64,000 bases of DNA from Planctomycetota bacterium (lineage in GTDB: Bacteria > Planctomycetota > B15-G4 > JADJEK01), in contig JBGAIQ010000001.1 of NCBI GenBank assembly GCA_044225365.1, forward strand, positions 288,001-352,000, written 5' to 3'. The notes below the pieces were generated by a model that worked only from the letters and a program-made list of their open reading frames with translations, had not been told where the DNA came from and searched no databases. The stretch's first letter is position 1, and every line of letters begins with the position of its first letter. This document shows positions 35,918 to 44,537 of the stretch, piece after piece. A program made the translations under genes and the position numbers.

Positions 35918-36748
35918 TCAACCACGGAGGAGCGTCAGAGCCGACTGCGGCTGCTGGTTCGCCTGCGCGAGGATCGCGAGCGACGCCTGCTGGATGATCT
36001 GGTTACGGGTCAGGTCGGCCGACTCGTGCGCGACGTCGACGTCACGGATGCGGGATTCCGCGGCCGTGATGTTCTCGATCTGCGTACCGAGGTTCGCGAT
36101 GGCCGAATTGACGCGATTCTCCGCGGCGCCAAGACGAGCGCGGAACGACGACACCGTATCGATGGCGTTGTCGATCGCGGCGAGAGCGGCCGACACGTCG
36201 CCCGTCGAACCGATGTCGATCGAGGCGATGTTGAGGGCGCTCGTACGGACGGAGTCGAGGGTCACGGAGACCGTGTCGACGCCGGACTGCGCGTTCAAGC
36301 CGATGCCGAACTCGACGGACGTGTTGCTGCCGTCGAGGACGTTGATCGAGTTGAACTGGACCTGCTGAGCGATGCGGTCGACTTCCGACACGAGCTGACC
36401 GAGTTCCGACTGGAGCGTGTCCTTGTCGTTGGCCGAGGTCGTATCGCTGTTCGACTGGATCGCGAGCTCGCGCAGACGACCGAGGATGTTCGAAACCTCG
36501 TTCAGACCACCTTCCGCGACCTGCGTGAGCGAGATCGCGTCGTTGGCGTTGCGCGAGGCCTGGTCGAGCGAGCGGATCTGCGCACGCAGACGCTCGCTGA
36601 TGGCCAGACCTGCCGCGTCGTCGGAGGCCGTCGCAATGCGAAGACCGGACGACAAACGCTTGAAGTTGCCCTCGAGGCGGTGCGTCACGCTGGAGAGGTT
36701 CTTCTGAGCCGTCAGCGAGGCGATGTTGTTGTTGATGCGAAGTGACAT
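35918..36748 (-). CDS. fliC: Flagellin (minimal D0/D1 type, 276 aa)
   Basis: MSLRINNNIAS, RLSSGLRI..ASDDAAGLAISE, RARLGAAENR, AESRIRDVDVAHE, LAQANQQPQSALTLL. Confidence 0.98.
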   Translation of the reverse strand: MSLRINNNIASLTAQKNLSSVTHRLEGNFKRLSSGLRIATASDDAAGLAISERLRAQIRSLDQASRNANDAISLTQVAEGGLNEVSNILGRLRELAIQSNSDTTSANDKDTLQSELGQLVSEVDRIAQQVQFNSINVLDGSNTSVEFGIGLNAQSGVDTVSVTLDSVRTSALNIASIDIGSTGDVSAALAAIDNAIDTVSSFRARLGAAENRVNSAIANLGTQIENITAAESRIRDVDVAHESADLTRNQIIQQASLAILAQANQQPQSALTLLRG

Positions 36749-36842
36749 GTTGTTCCCACCTGTCCGCGGCAGCCGACTCGGCGCTGCCAACCCGGAAGTA
36801 GGACGTCCGCTTGACGGCGGTAGCCCAAAGCTTCGACACGGT

Positions 36843-36869
36843 TGTTCGGCGGGAATTTGGACGGCTTGA
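36843..36869 (-). promoter_or_regulatory. Putative sigma-28 promoter of fliC
   Basis: Minus strand TCAA-N15-GCCGAACA, about 95 bp upstream of the fliC ATG; same pattern as upstream of flgM. Confidence 0.75.
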
Positions 36870-36931
36870 GGGGACGAATCGCCATTCTCACGACGAGGGT
36901 GGGCGACGGCGAGATTTGCCGCGATACGACT

Positions 36932-36959
36932 TCAGGTCGAGGAAGGCAGCGTTCGATAA
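36932..36959 (+). promoter_or_regulatory. Possible weak sigma-28 promoter of motA
   Basis: TCAG-N16-TTCGATAA, 80 bp upstream of motA. The spacer is one base longer than consensus. Confidence 0.3.
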
Positions 36960-37038
36960 GCGAGGACGGCCCCGGATCGATCGCCAGAGCGATAGCCAGA
37001 GCGATCGTTAGAGAAGTGGGGTCGCAAGAGGTTCACCC

Positions 37039-37821
37039 GTGGACAAGTTCTCGCTCATCGGCGCCATTCTCGGCCTCTTCGCCGTCTTCGGCGGCGCGTT
37101 GATGGAAGGTCTCCATTTCGACGCGATCATGATTCCGACTGCCGCGATCATCGTGTACGGCGGAACGATCGGCGCCGTCTTCCTCCAGTCGAGCGCGGAA
37201 GAGGTGAAGTTCGCGCGAACCATGCTGGGGCAGGTATTCAAGGAGAGCAAGCTCGACGCGGAATCGATCCTCGGGGAGATCCTCGAACTGTCGAAGATCG
37301 CGCGCCGCGACGGCATGCTCGCGCTCGAGACGAAACTCGCCACGATCTCCGACCCCTTCCTCGTGAAGGCCCTCGGACTGCTGATCGATGGAGTGGCCAG
37401 TAAGGAACTGCGCGAGCGGCTCGAGATCGCGATGGAGAAGGAAGAGGAGAAATTCGGGGACGCGGCCCGCGTGTACGAGGCGGCCGGTGGTTACGCCCCG
37501 ACGGTCGGGATTCTCGGCGCCGTGCTCGGCCTCATCCACGTCATGAAGTCCCTCGACGATCCCTCGAAGCTCGGTCCCGGTATCGCCGTCGCCTTCGTCG
37601 CGACGATCTACGGGGTCGCGACCGCGAACCTCATCGCGCTGCCGATCGCCGGAAAATTGAAGGCCCGGGGTCGAGCCCTGAAGGCCGCGCAGTCGATGAT
37701 CCTGGAGGGCGTCGCCGGCATCGCCGACGGGCAGCCCACCTCGGCGCTCGAATCCACGCTGCGCTTGATGCTCGGCGATCATGGCGGCGGCAAGCACGAG
37801 GGCGAGAAGAAGGCGGCCTGA
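37039..37821 (+). CDS. motA: Flagellar stator protein MotA
   Basis: AAIIVYGGTIGA, ARRDGMLALE (rotor-contact R/E), GYAPTVGILGAVLGLI, GIAVAFVATIYGV..ANL..LPIA.KL. Confidence 0.95.
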   Translation: MDKFSLIGAILGLFAVFGGALMEGLHFDAIMIPTAAIIVYGGTIGAVFLQSSAEEVKFARTMLGQVFKESKLDAESILGEILELSKIARRDGMLALETKLATISDPFLVKALGLLIDGVASKELRERLEIAMEKEEEKFGDAARVYEAAGGYAPTVGILGAVLGLIHVMKSLDDPSKLGPGIAVAFVATIYGVATANLIALPIAGKLKARGRALKAAQSMILEGVAGIADGQPTSALESTLRLMLGDHGGGKHEGEKKAA

Positions 37822-37847
37822 CGCGGGGATCCCGCAGGAAGTGAGTC

Positions 37848-38576
37848 ATGGCGAGGAAGCACAAGCACGAAGAACACGTGAATCACGAGCGCTGGCTCGT
37901 GTCGTACGCCGACTTCATCACCCTCTTGTTCGCGTTCTTCGTGATCATGTACGCGCTCTCCGAGGTCGACAAGAACAAGCTGAAGAAGTTCGCGAACTCG
38001 GTGCAGTTCGCCTTCGCGCACGTCGGAACGGGCGGCACGCAGGCGATGGGGAAGAACCCGAATCAGAAGAAACCGAACATCATCGGCGATGCGTTTCCCA
38101 AGGGCGAGCGCAGTTCCGATCCGGGTCCGTACGAGAGTCTGCAAGGCGTCGTGAAGTACCTCGAGGAATCGCTCGTGAAGCATTTCCTCAAGGAAGAGAA
38201 GAGCAAGGCCGAGCTCATCGACGATGGAAAGGCCGTGATCGTCCGAATGCCCGTCGAGCGCCTGTTCGCGCCGTCGGGCGCGCAGCTGCGGCCCGACCGC
38301 TATCAGTTCCTGCAGGACCTCGGGTGGTGCATCCTGACCTATCACCTCAAGATCGAGGTGAACAATGAGGTCGAGCTGCCCTTCGGAGATCTCGAGCTCG
38401 GTCAGAACGATCTCGCCTGCCGCCGCGTGAATGCATTGGTGAGCGGGATCTGGAAGTCCAACGTAAGGAACAAGGTGAACATCATCTCGCGGGTGCTCCT
38501 CAAGGAACTGGACGAAGTGAAGCACTCCGAGGCGGAGAACGGTCGCTCGATCGTCGAATTCCGCTTCACGCGCTGA
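37848..38576 (+). CDS. motB: MotB-like stator protein with degenerate OmpA-like domain
   Basis: HERWLVSYADFITLLFAFFVIMYA (conserved Asp) plus plug helix. The C-domain keeps LFAPSGAQL and NDLACRRV but has no GHTD or NRRV. Confidence 0.85.
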   Translation: MARKHKHEEHVNHERWLVSYADFITLLFAFFVIMYALSEVDKNKLKKFANSVQFAFAHVGTGGTQAMGKNPNQKKPNIIGDAFPKGERSSDPGPYESLQGVVKYLEESLVKHFLKEEKSKAELIDDGKAVIVRMPVERLFAPSGAQLRPDRYQFLQDLGWCILTYHLKIEVNNEVELPFGDLELGQNDLACRRVNALVSGIWKSNVRNKVNIISRVLLKELDEVKHSEAENGRSIVEFRFTR

Positions 38577-38582
38577 GACGAC

Positions 38583-39296
38583 ATGGCGCATCGGACGGAG
38601 GTACGTGATCCCCTGCGCTCGGACCGGCCCTGGTCGTGGCGCGACTTCGTCGTCCTGCTCTATGCGCTGCTGTGGGTCCATCGCGGATTCGCCGATCTCG
38701 ATCGCGTTCACGCGGTGCGCAGCTCGTATGTCGCGCGAGCCGAAGCCGTTTCCGCAAGGGCGGAGCCGGCTCGGAAGCCAAGGATCGCGACGCCGCGGAT
38801 CGTCACTTGCGCGTGGCCATCCGGCGAACGTGTCCCCGAACCGGGCCCGTTCGTGACCCTCGAGGGCGTCATGAAGTTCCTCGAAGAGTCGATCGTGAAG
38901 AACTTCCGCAGGGAAGAGAAGATCAAGGCGCAGCTCATCGACGACGGGAAGGCCGTGATCGTCCGGATGCCCGTCGAGCGACTGTTCGCCCCGTCGGGCG
39001 CGGAGGTCCGAGCGGACCGCCGCCGGTTCCTCGAGGACCTCGGGTGGGTCATCGGGACCTACCGCGTGATGATCGAGGTGGACCATCGAATCGAACTCCC
39101 TCTGGGGGACCCGCAGGTCGGTCAGGACGATCTCACCACGCGGCGCTCGAATGCGGTGGTCCGCGTAATCTCGAAGGCGGACGCAGCGACCGGCGTGAAC
39201 GTCGTCTCCCGGGTCTGCCTCGAGGAATTCGGTGGCGGAAGGCCCGCCGGTGCCGAGCCCAGCCGATCGGTGTTCGAGTTCCGTTTCACGCGCTGA
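38583..39296 (+). CDS. Second, divergent MotB paralogue (tandem duplicate)
   Basis: TM WSWRDFVVLLYALLW. Shares LIDDGKAVIVRMPVERLFAPSGA, DLGW and the terminal EFRFTR with the upstream gene. Confidence 0.7.
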   Translation: MAHRTEVRDPLRSDRPWSWRDFVVLLYALLWVHRGFADLDRVHAVRSSYVARAEAVSARAEPARKPRIATPRIVTCAWPSGERVPEPGPFVTLEGVMKFLEESIVKNFRREEKIKAQLIDDGKAVIVRMPVERLFAPSGAEVRADRRRFLEDLGWVIGTYRVMIEVDHRIELPLGDPQVGQDDLTTRRSNAVVRVISKADAATGVNVVSRVCLEEFGGGRPAGAEPSRSVFEFRFTR

Positions 39297-39301
39297 GACT
39301 T

Positions 39302-39401
39302 GGCGGCGGCGGCTGCGATCCGTGACCGCCGAAATCGGCGGCGGCGGCTGCGATCCGTGACCGCCGAAATCGGCGGCGGCGGCTGCGATCCGTGACCGCC
39401 G
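39302..39401. repeat. 35-bp tandem repeat, about 2.9 copies, with internal palindromes (REP-like)
   Basis: Unit ggcggcggcggctgcgatccgtgaccgccgaaatc at 39302, 39337 and 39372 (partial); ccgccg-aaat-cggcgg hairpins form across the unit junctions. Confidence 0.9.
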
Positions 39402-39403
39402 GG

Positions 39404-40918
39404 TCAGCGGCCGACGGTCTGGAGGGCGCGGTCGACGAGTTTTCGCCAGGGGCGCAGCGCGGGAGTCGAGAAGCGCGGGGTCGAGCGCGGGTCCTTGCCC
39501 TCGGAGAGGAGGGTGAGGAGTTCGATGCCCATACGACAATCGGGATCGGCGGGAAGGGAGGCGAACGCATCGAGCGCGCGCTCGAACTCGCCGCAACCGA
39601 GGCGAGCTTGGCCAAGGCGGGGCATGACGAGACTCGCCTCCGCACCGTCCACCAGCGCTCTCTCGAGTTGCTCGGCGGCACCCGCGCAATCCCCGCAATG
39701 CAACAACAACTGCGCGAGGCGCAACCGTGTGCCGAAATCCTTCGGATGTGCAGCAAGGGCGTTCGCGTAGTCCGATGCGGCGCCGACGAGATCATTCCCC
39801 TCGAGGCGCAGCCGCGCGCGAAGCAGGTACGGATCGAGTTTCCCCGCGTCGAGAGCGATGGAGCGATCGAGGCAACGCATTGCGGCGCGACGGTGTGACA
39901 GGTTCGCCAGCGCACGGCCCATCCCGAAATACGCGTACGGCCCCGTGACGCCCGGCTCCGGCGGAATGGCGTGGAGCTGGCGATCCGCGAGCCGCAAGCG
40001 AGCGTACGTCCGGAACGAAGCGCGGTGATCGCCGGTCTTCGCCTGGAGGTGACCGAGGACGAACAGCAGATTAGGGGTCTCGCCGAAGCGCTTGCGACCG
40101 TCCGTGACGATCGCCAGTGCTCCCTCCACGTCGCCCCGATGTTCGGCCTCGAGAGCGAGCAGCGCGTAGATCTCGGGACAGAACGACAGGTCCTTCGAGT
40201 CGGAATGGGGCATCGACTCGACGAGTTTTCGCGCCGTGTTCAGGGCTCTCTCAGCCTCGTCGCGCTTGTCGTCGAAACGGCGCAAGAAGTCACCGTACTT
40301 GTACCAGGAGTACGCGTGATTCGGATGGAGCTCGATCTGACGCTGGAAGAGTCGCATGTTGCGCGCATCCTTGTCACGATCGAGGACTCGCTGTTTCAGG
40401 TAGCCATCGTGATGGACGACCGCGGAATCGAGCGGCCCGAGTTTCATTCCACGGCGCTTCGCGTAACCGATGAGCGACGGGATCACCTGCTCATGGATGC
40501 AGAACTCGAAGCGAATCGAGGGATCTCGGCGGAAGAGGCGCAGGATCCCACACTGATGGATGCGATCGCCGCCGAGGTGATTCAGGAACTTCAGGTAGTA
40601 GCCGCACACGCGCCGATTCTCGATCGCAGCGACGATCGCCTCGCCCGCGCCGGGCTCCAGCCACTCATCGGCGTCGAGTACCAGGATCCAGTCCTTCGTC
40701 GCGGACGCGAGGGAGAGGTTGCGGACGGCGGCAAAGTCGTCCTCGAACCGAGTCGTGATGACCTTGTCGGTGTAACGCCGCGCGACGGCAACGGTGTCAT
40801 CGGTCGATCCCGTGTCGACGATCACGATCTCGTCGACGAAGCGCTTCACCGAGTCGAGCATTCGCGGAAGCAGATCCGCTTCATTGCGAACGATCGCGGC
40901 GAGGGTGAGGGTCGTCAT
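39404..40918 (-). CDS. GT2 glycosyltransferase with TPR repeats (probable flagellin glycosyltransferase)
   Basis: IVRNEA..L, VDEIVIVDTGSTDDT, DDFAAVRN, WILVLDADE, IHEQ, HDGY, then TPRs; lies inside the flagellar island. Confidence 0.9.
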   Translation of the reverse strand: MTTLTLAAIVRNEADLLPRMLDSVKRFVDEIVIVDTGSTDDTVAVARRYTDKVITTRFEDDFAAVRNLSLASATKDWILVLDADEWLEPGAGEAIVAAIENRRVCGYYLKFLNHLGGDRIHQCGILRLFRRDPSIRFEFCIHEQVIPSLIGYAKRRGMKLGPLDSAVVHHDGYLKQRVLDRDKDARNMRLFQRQIELHPNHAYSWYKYGDFLRRFDDKRDEAERALNTARKLVESMPHSDSKDLSFCPEIYALLALEAEHRGDVEGALAIVTDGRKRFGETPNLLFVLGHLQAKTGDHRASFRTYARLRLADRQLHAIPPEPGVTGPYAYFGMGRALANLSHRRAAMRCLDRSIALDAGKLDPYLLRARLRLEGNDLVGAASDYANALAAHPKDFGTRLRLAQLLLHCGDCAGAAEQLERALVDGAEASLVMPRLGQARLGCGEFERALDAFASLPADPDCRMGIELLTLLSEGKDPRSTPRFSTPALRPWRKLVDRALQTVGR

Positions 40919-40952
40919 GGGCGGGTGCTCTCGAATCGATTCGTCGCGATGT

Positions 40953-40968
40953 CGCACGCGAGATGCCG
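40953..40968 (-). promoter_or_regulatory. Possible sigma-54 promoter of the glycosyltransferase
   Basis: Minus strand CGGCATCTCGCGTGCG (GG-N10-GC), 35 bp upstream of the ATG. Chance matches are likely at this GC content. Confidence 0.35.
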
Positions 40969-41202
40969 CAAGGATTGCGGGTAGAGAGCGCACGCTCTCC
41001 ACAATCTCTCATCGGCGTTTCGATCGTCGAACTTGGGAGGAACCGAGTTCGCTCTCGCCGCGAGTGACGCGAAGGTTTTTCCCTGATCGCCTCAAGTTTC
41101 GAGCGAGATCTTCCGAATCGTGTCGAGCGAAGATTCTTCCCTTTCGCACGAGCGAGGCGGAAGAGATCGCAAGTGGACCCACGAGAGACCCGAGCGCAGA
41201 AG

Positions 41203-42960
41203 ATGAGCGACGACGAAGAGAACGTGAGCGGGAGCGGCGCTGAGGACGTCGGCGGTGAGCCGACGAATCCGATGCAGCCGCAAGACCTCGCCGCGGAGTC
41301 GAGCGAGGCGCTGCCGATGGGCGACGACTTCGAGGAGCTGCCGGAAAGCGACTCGAACGTCGACGACTCGCCGGAATCGCTGGACGAGAGTTCGCAGTTG
41401 CTCGATGCGTTCAAGTCGCTCGAAGCGGATCCGCTCGCGGACGAACTCGCTGGGGACGAGGCTTCATCCTCGCACGAGACGCCTCGGGACGTGCCCGAAC
41501 TCGACGAGGAAAAGCCGAAGAAGAAGCGTGCGACGCGATCCCGTTCCAGCAAGACGAAGAAGCCGCGCAAGCCGTCCGGGCGCAAGCGGACGAAGAAGTC
41601 CAAGGACGAACTGGTCGAGACGCCGAGGGAGCCGGCCGACGAATCAGCGGTCACGGGGGCACGAGAAGCGGAATTCGCTTCGATGTCGGAGGAGGTCGCT
41701 GCCGCGCCGGAAACGCGTACCGAGTCGAATCCTCCGGAGGATCGGCGTGCAGCGGAGAGTGCAGTCGGAGCCGCTGAGGCCGCTCCCGTCGGAGCCGACG
41801 GTTCGGCTTTCCCGTTCATGAACGACGGAGAACACTCGCTCGACGATCTCGTGATCGACAGTGCGGATCTGACCGACACCGAATTCGCCGCGGCCGAGAC
41901 CGTTGCGATCGAAGACGCGGCCCGCGCCGCTGTCGCCGAAGCTCGCGCATCCCGCACGTCGAACAACGCGCGAAGCGAGGATTCCGCTGCGGCCCACGAC
42001 TCGGTCGAGCCGGTCACCGACGCCCACACCGACGCGCCGGCGACGCCGTTCGCCAAGCGCCTGCTTTCGCGCCTCTCGTCCGCGTGGGCATCCAACACGG
42101 CCGCCGCGACCGCGAGTCGCTTTCGGCGAACGATCGTTCGATCGGTCGCGGTGGGTGTCTTCGCCATGGCCGCCGGATTCGGCTATGGCGCCGCGGTGAA
42201 GCTGTTCTTCGGCAAGAAGCACGCCGACTTGAACGGGAATCAGATCGCGAGTTCGGCGCCGACGAACTCGAACGATGCGGACCCCGCGACGCCCGTGATG
42301 AAGGGTGCGAAGCAGGACGAGCCCGCGTCCACCAAGGGCGACGCGAGCAAGACCGACGAGAAGTCGCCGCCTTCGACCCCGAGTACCGACCCCGAGTCGG
42401 TGACCGAGAAACCGCAGGCGGAACCAGCCGTGAACGATTCGCAGAAGAGCGAATCGGCTTCGTCGACCGCCGAATCGAAGGGCGAGAACTCCGAGCCTTC
42501 CACCGCGAAGACGACACCCGTCGCCCCTTCGAACGACGAGAAGGCGGATCCCGCTACGGCGAATCCGCTGTCGCAATCCGGCGACTCGAAAGCCCATGAT
42601 GCCGCGCCAGCGCGTTCGAAGGGCGCAGGGGGGTTCGAGATGCCTCCGCTGAAATCCGCGGTTCAGGACCCGAATCACCCGCTCGCGAAGGGCCGACGAG
42701 CCCTGGAGACCGGCGACTTCGTCGCAGCCCGCCGCATGGCGGCCGGCTACCTGCTCCGCGAGGACGGCCTCTCCGAACAAGATCGGTTGCTGGTTCCGCA
42801 AGCGTACGCGCTCCTCGCCGACGTGATGAAGCGGGAATGGACGGAGGCGCACTCCGCCGATCGGAAGCCCGCGGCGAAGGAGCCGGCGGCGGAGTCGCAG
42901 GGCGAGAAGCACGGTGGCGGCGAGAACGAGGGTGAGCATCTCGGAGGCGAGAAACCATGA
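41203..42960 (+). CDS. Hypothetical single-pass membrane protein with long acidic disordered regions and a C-terminal TPR-like helix pair
   Basis: D/E/S/A-rich N-half with a Lys/Arg island, TM VAVGVFAMAAGFGYGAAVKLFFG, disordered linker, helical end (LAKGRRALETGDFVAARR...AYALLAD). Stop overlaps the next start. Confidence 0.75.
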   Translation: MSDDEENVSGSGAEDVGGEPTNPMQPQDLAAESSEALPMGDDFEELPESDSNVDDSPESLDESSQLLDAFKSLEADPLADELAGDEASSSHETPRDVPELDEEKPKKKRATRSRSSKTKKPRKPSGRKRTKKSKDELVETPREPADESAVTGAREAEFASMSEEVAAAPETRTESNPPEDRRAAESAVGAAEAAPVGADGSAFPFMNDGEHSLDDLVIDSADLTDTEFAAAETVAIEDAARAAVAEARASRTSNNARSEDSAAAHDSVEPVTDAHTDAPATPFAKRLLSRLSSAWASNTAAATASRFRRTIVRSVAVGVFAMAAGFGYGAAVKLFFGKKHADLNGNQIASSAPTNSNDADPATPVMKGAKQDEPASTKGDASKTDEKSPPSTPSTDPESVTEKPQAEPAVNDSQKSESASSTAESKGENSEPSTAKTTPVAPSNDEKADPATANPLSQSGDSKAHDAAPARSKGAGGFEMPPLKSAVQDPNHPLAKGRRALETGDFVAARRMAAGYLLREDGLSEQDRLLVPQAYALLADVMKREWTEAHSADRKPAAKEPAAESQGEKHGGGENEGEHLGGEKP

Positions 42961-44537
42961 GTCCCGTCGCACGCACGCTACCGCTCGCCACACTGTTCCT
43001 CGCGATCGTCCCGAGCCTGACGAGAGCACAGTCGGAGATCGAACTCCTGCCGCGACACCCCGAGGTGGTTGCGCGCGAGGGCAAGGATCACTCGATGCGC
43101 TTCACCGTTCGTGGTCGCGATTGTGCGATCGTCGACTACCTCGCGGTGCTCGCGGAGCGCGGCGGGATCTCGATCGTGAGCGATGAGATCGCGAAGATCC
43201 AGTTGAAGGCGACGCTCGCGACGGTCGAGCTCTACGACCGACGGATCGATCAGATCATCGAGCTGCTCGCCGCCGACGCCGGAGTCGACTCGGAAGTGGA
43301 TTCGACGGGCGAGAAGTTCAAGCTCGTCGGGGTCGCAGCGGGAAGCGATCGCGCCCTGCTTCGCAACTCGATCGAGCAGTTCTACAAGATGGCGCTCGCT
43401 CGCCAGGGCGACGACGAGACGAACGCGCGCTGCCTCGCGGGTCTGGCCGAGATCCTGGAGAGATCCGGTGACTATGCCGGGGCGTACGCGTCCTTCGAGC
43501 AGTTGCTCGCGGAGCACTCGAGCTCGCCGTTCTCCACGGACGCCGAACTCAATCTCGCCGACTGCTACATGCAGCTCGATCAGAATGCACGCGCCAATCG
43601 GGTGCTGCGATCGTTCCTCGCCAAGTGCTCCGACCCAAAGCGCGCGGAGAAGGCGCTGCGTCGACTCGTGAAGCTCCTACTCGAGCAGAAGCGCTTCCCG
43701 GAGTTGGTGACGATGCATGAGGCGTTCGAGCGCATCGGCGTCCTCGAGGGCGAAACACTCGTGGAACTCGCCGATGCGGGCGCCGTGATGATCGAGGAGA
43801 GCGACGTCGACGTCTCCACGTTCCTCCTCGGCTGCTTCCGTGCGTTTCCGAAGGAGCACGCGATGCTCGGTCCCGTCCTCGCGCTCGCCTTCACGAAGCG
43901 CGGTGACGACGAGGCTTCTCGCATCATCCTCGAGAAAACCGCCCAGTCGCTCGACAATACGATCGATTCGACGTCGGCGCTCCTCGCGTACAGCGAGCTC
44001 TCGCGACGCGCCGGTCACTTCCCCGCGGCGTTGCTGTTCGCCGAACGTGCAGTGATGAAGTCCGAGAACAATCCCGTCCTTCGTCGCCGCGCGCATCTGC
44101 TGCTCGTCGACGTCTACGACGCTCTCGGCGACGCACCGCGCGTCTACCACCATCTCTGGGAGGCCGAGCAACTGTCGTCGCTCGAAGATGCACCGAAGCT
44201 CGCTCTCCGCGCCGCCGAGTTCGCGATGGATCGCAACGAACCCGAGCATGCGCGACTGCTGTTCCATTCCGCGGGCCAGTACGAGGGTGTCGGCCTCGAC
44301 GCCAGTCTCGGCGAAGCTCGCGCGCTGCTCCTCGCCGGGGACACCGATCGAGCCATGATGCATCTCGAGGCCCTCCTCCGCGACGACATGAGCGCAACGG
44401 AGCGCCGACGGGTCGAACTCTTGATGGTCGACTGTCATCGTGTCGCGCACGAGTACGACAAGGCCCTGGCCGCTCTCGAAGGCAATCCGCCGGAAACGAA
44501 GACGCCGGACGCGAAGGCGCCGGAGGCGAAGAAATGA
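42957..44537 (+). CDS. Secreted TPR protein with an N-terminal STN/secretin-N0-like domain
   Basis: Signal peptide (…SLTRA|Q); FTVRGRDCAIVDYLAVLAERGGISIV...TVELYDRRIDQIIELLA; TPRs such as GDYAGAYASFEQLLAEHSSSPF...LADCY. ATGA-coupled on both sides. Confidence 0.75.
   Translation: MSPVARTLPLATLFLAIVPSLTRAQSEIELLPRHPEVVAREGKDHSMRFTVRGRDCAIVDYLAVLAERGGISIVSDEIAKIQLKATLATVELYDRRIDQIIELLAADAGVDSEVDSTGEKFKLVGVAAGSDRALLRNSIEQFYKMALARQGDDETNARCLAGLAEILERSGDYAGAYASFEQLLAEHSSSPFSTDAELNLADCYMQLDQNARANRVLRSFLAKCSDPKRAEKALRRLVKLLLEQKRFPELVTMHEAFERIGVLEGETLVELADAGAVMIEESDVDVSTFLLGCFRAFPKEHAMLGPVLALAFTKRGDDEASRIILEKTAQSLDNTIDSTSALLAYSELSRRAGHFPAALLFAERAVMKSENNPVLRRRAHLLLVDVYDALGDAPRVYHHLWEAEQLSSLEDAPKLALRAAEFAMDRNEPEHARLLFHSAGQYEGVGLDASLGEARALLLAGDTDRAMMHLEALLRDDMSATERRRVELLMVDCHRVAHEYDKALAALEGNPPETKTPDAKAPEAKK

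Noticed and set aside
39302-39401. CRISPR array
   Set aside because: The 35-bp units are head to tail with no unique spacers, and there are no cas genes in the window.
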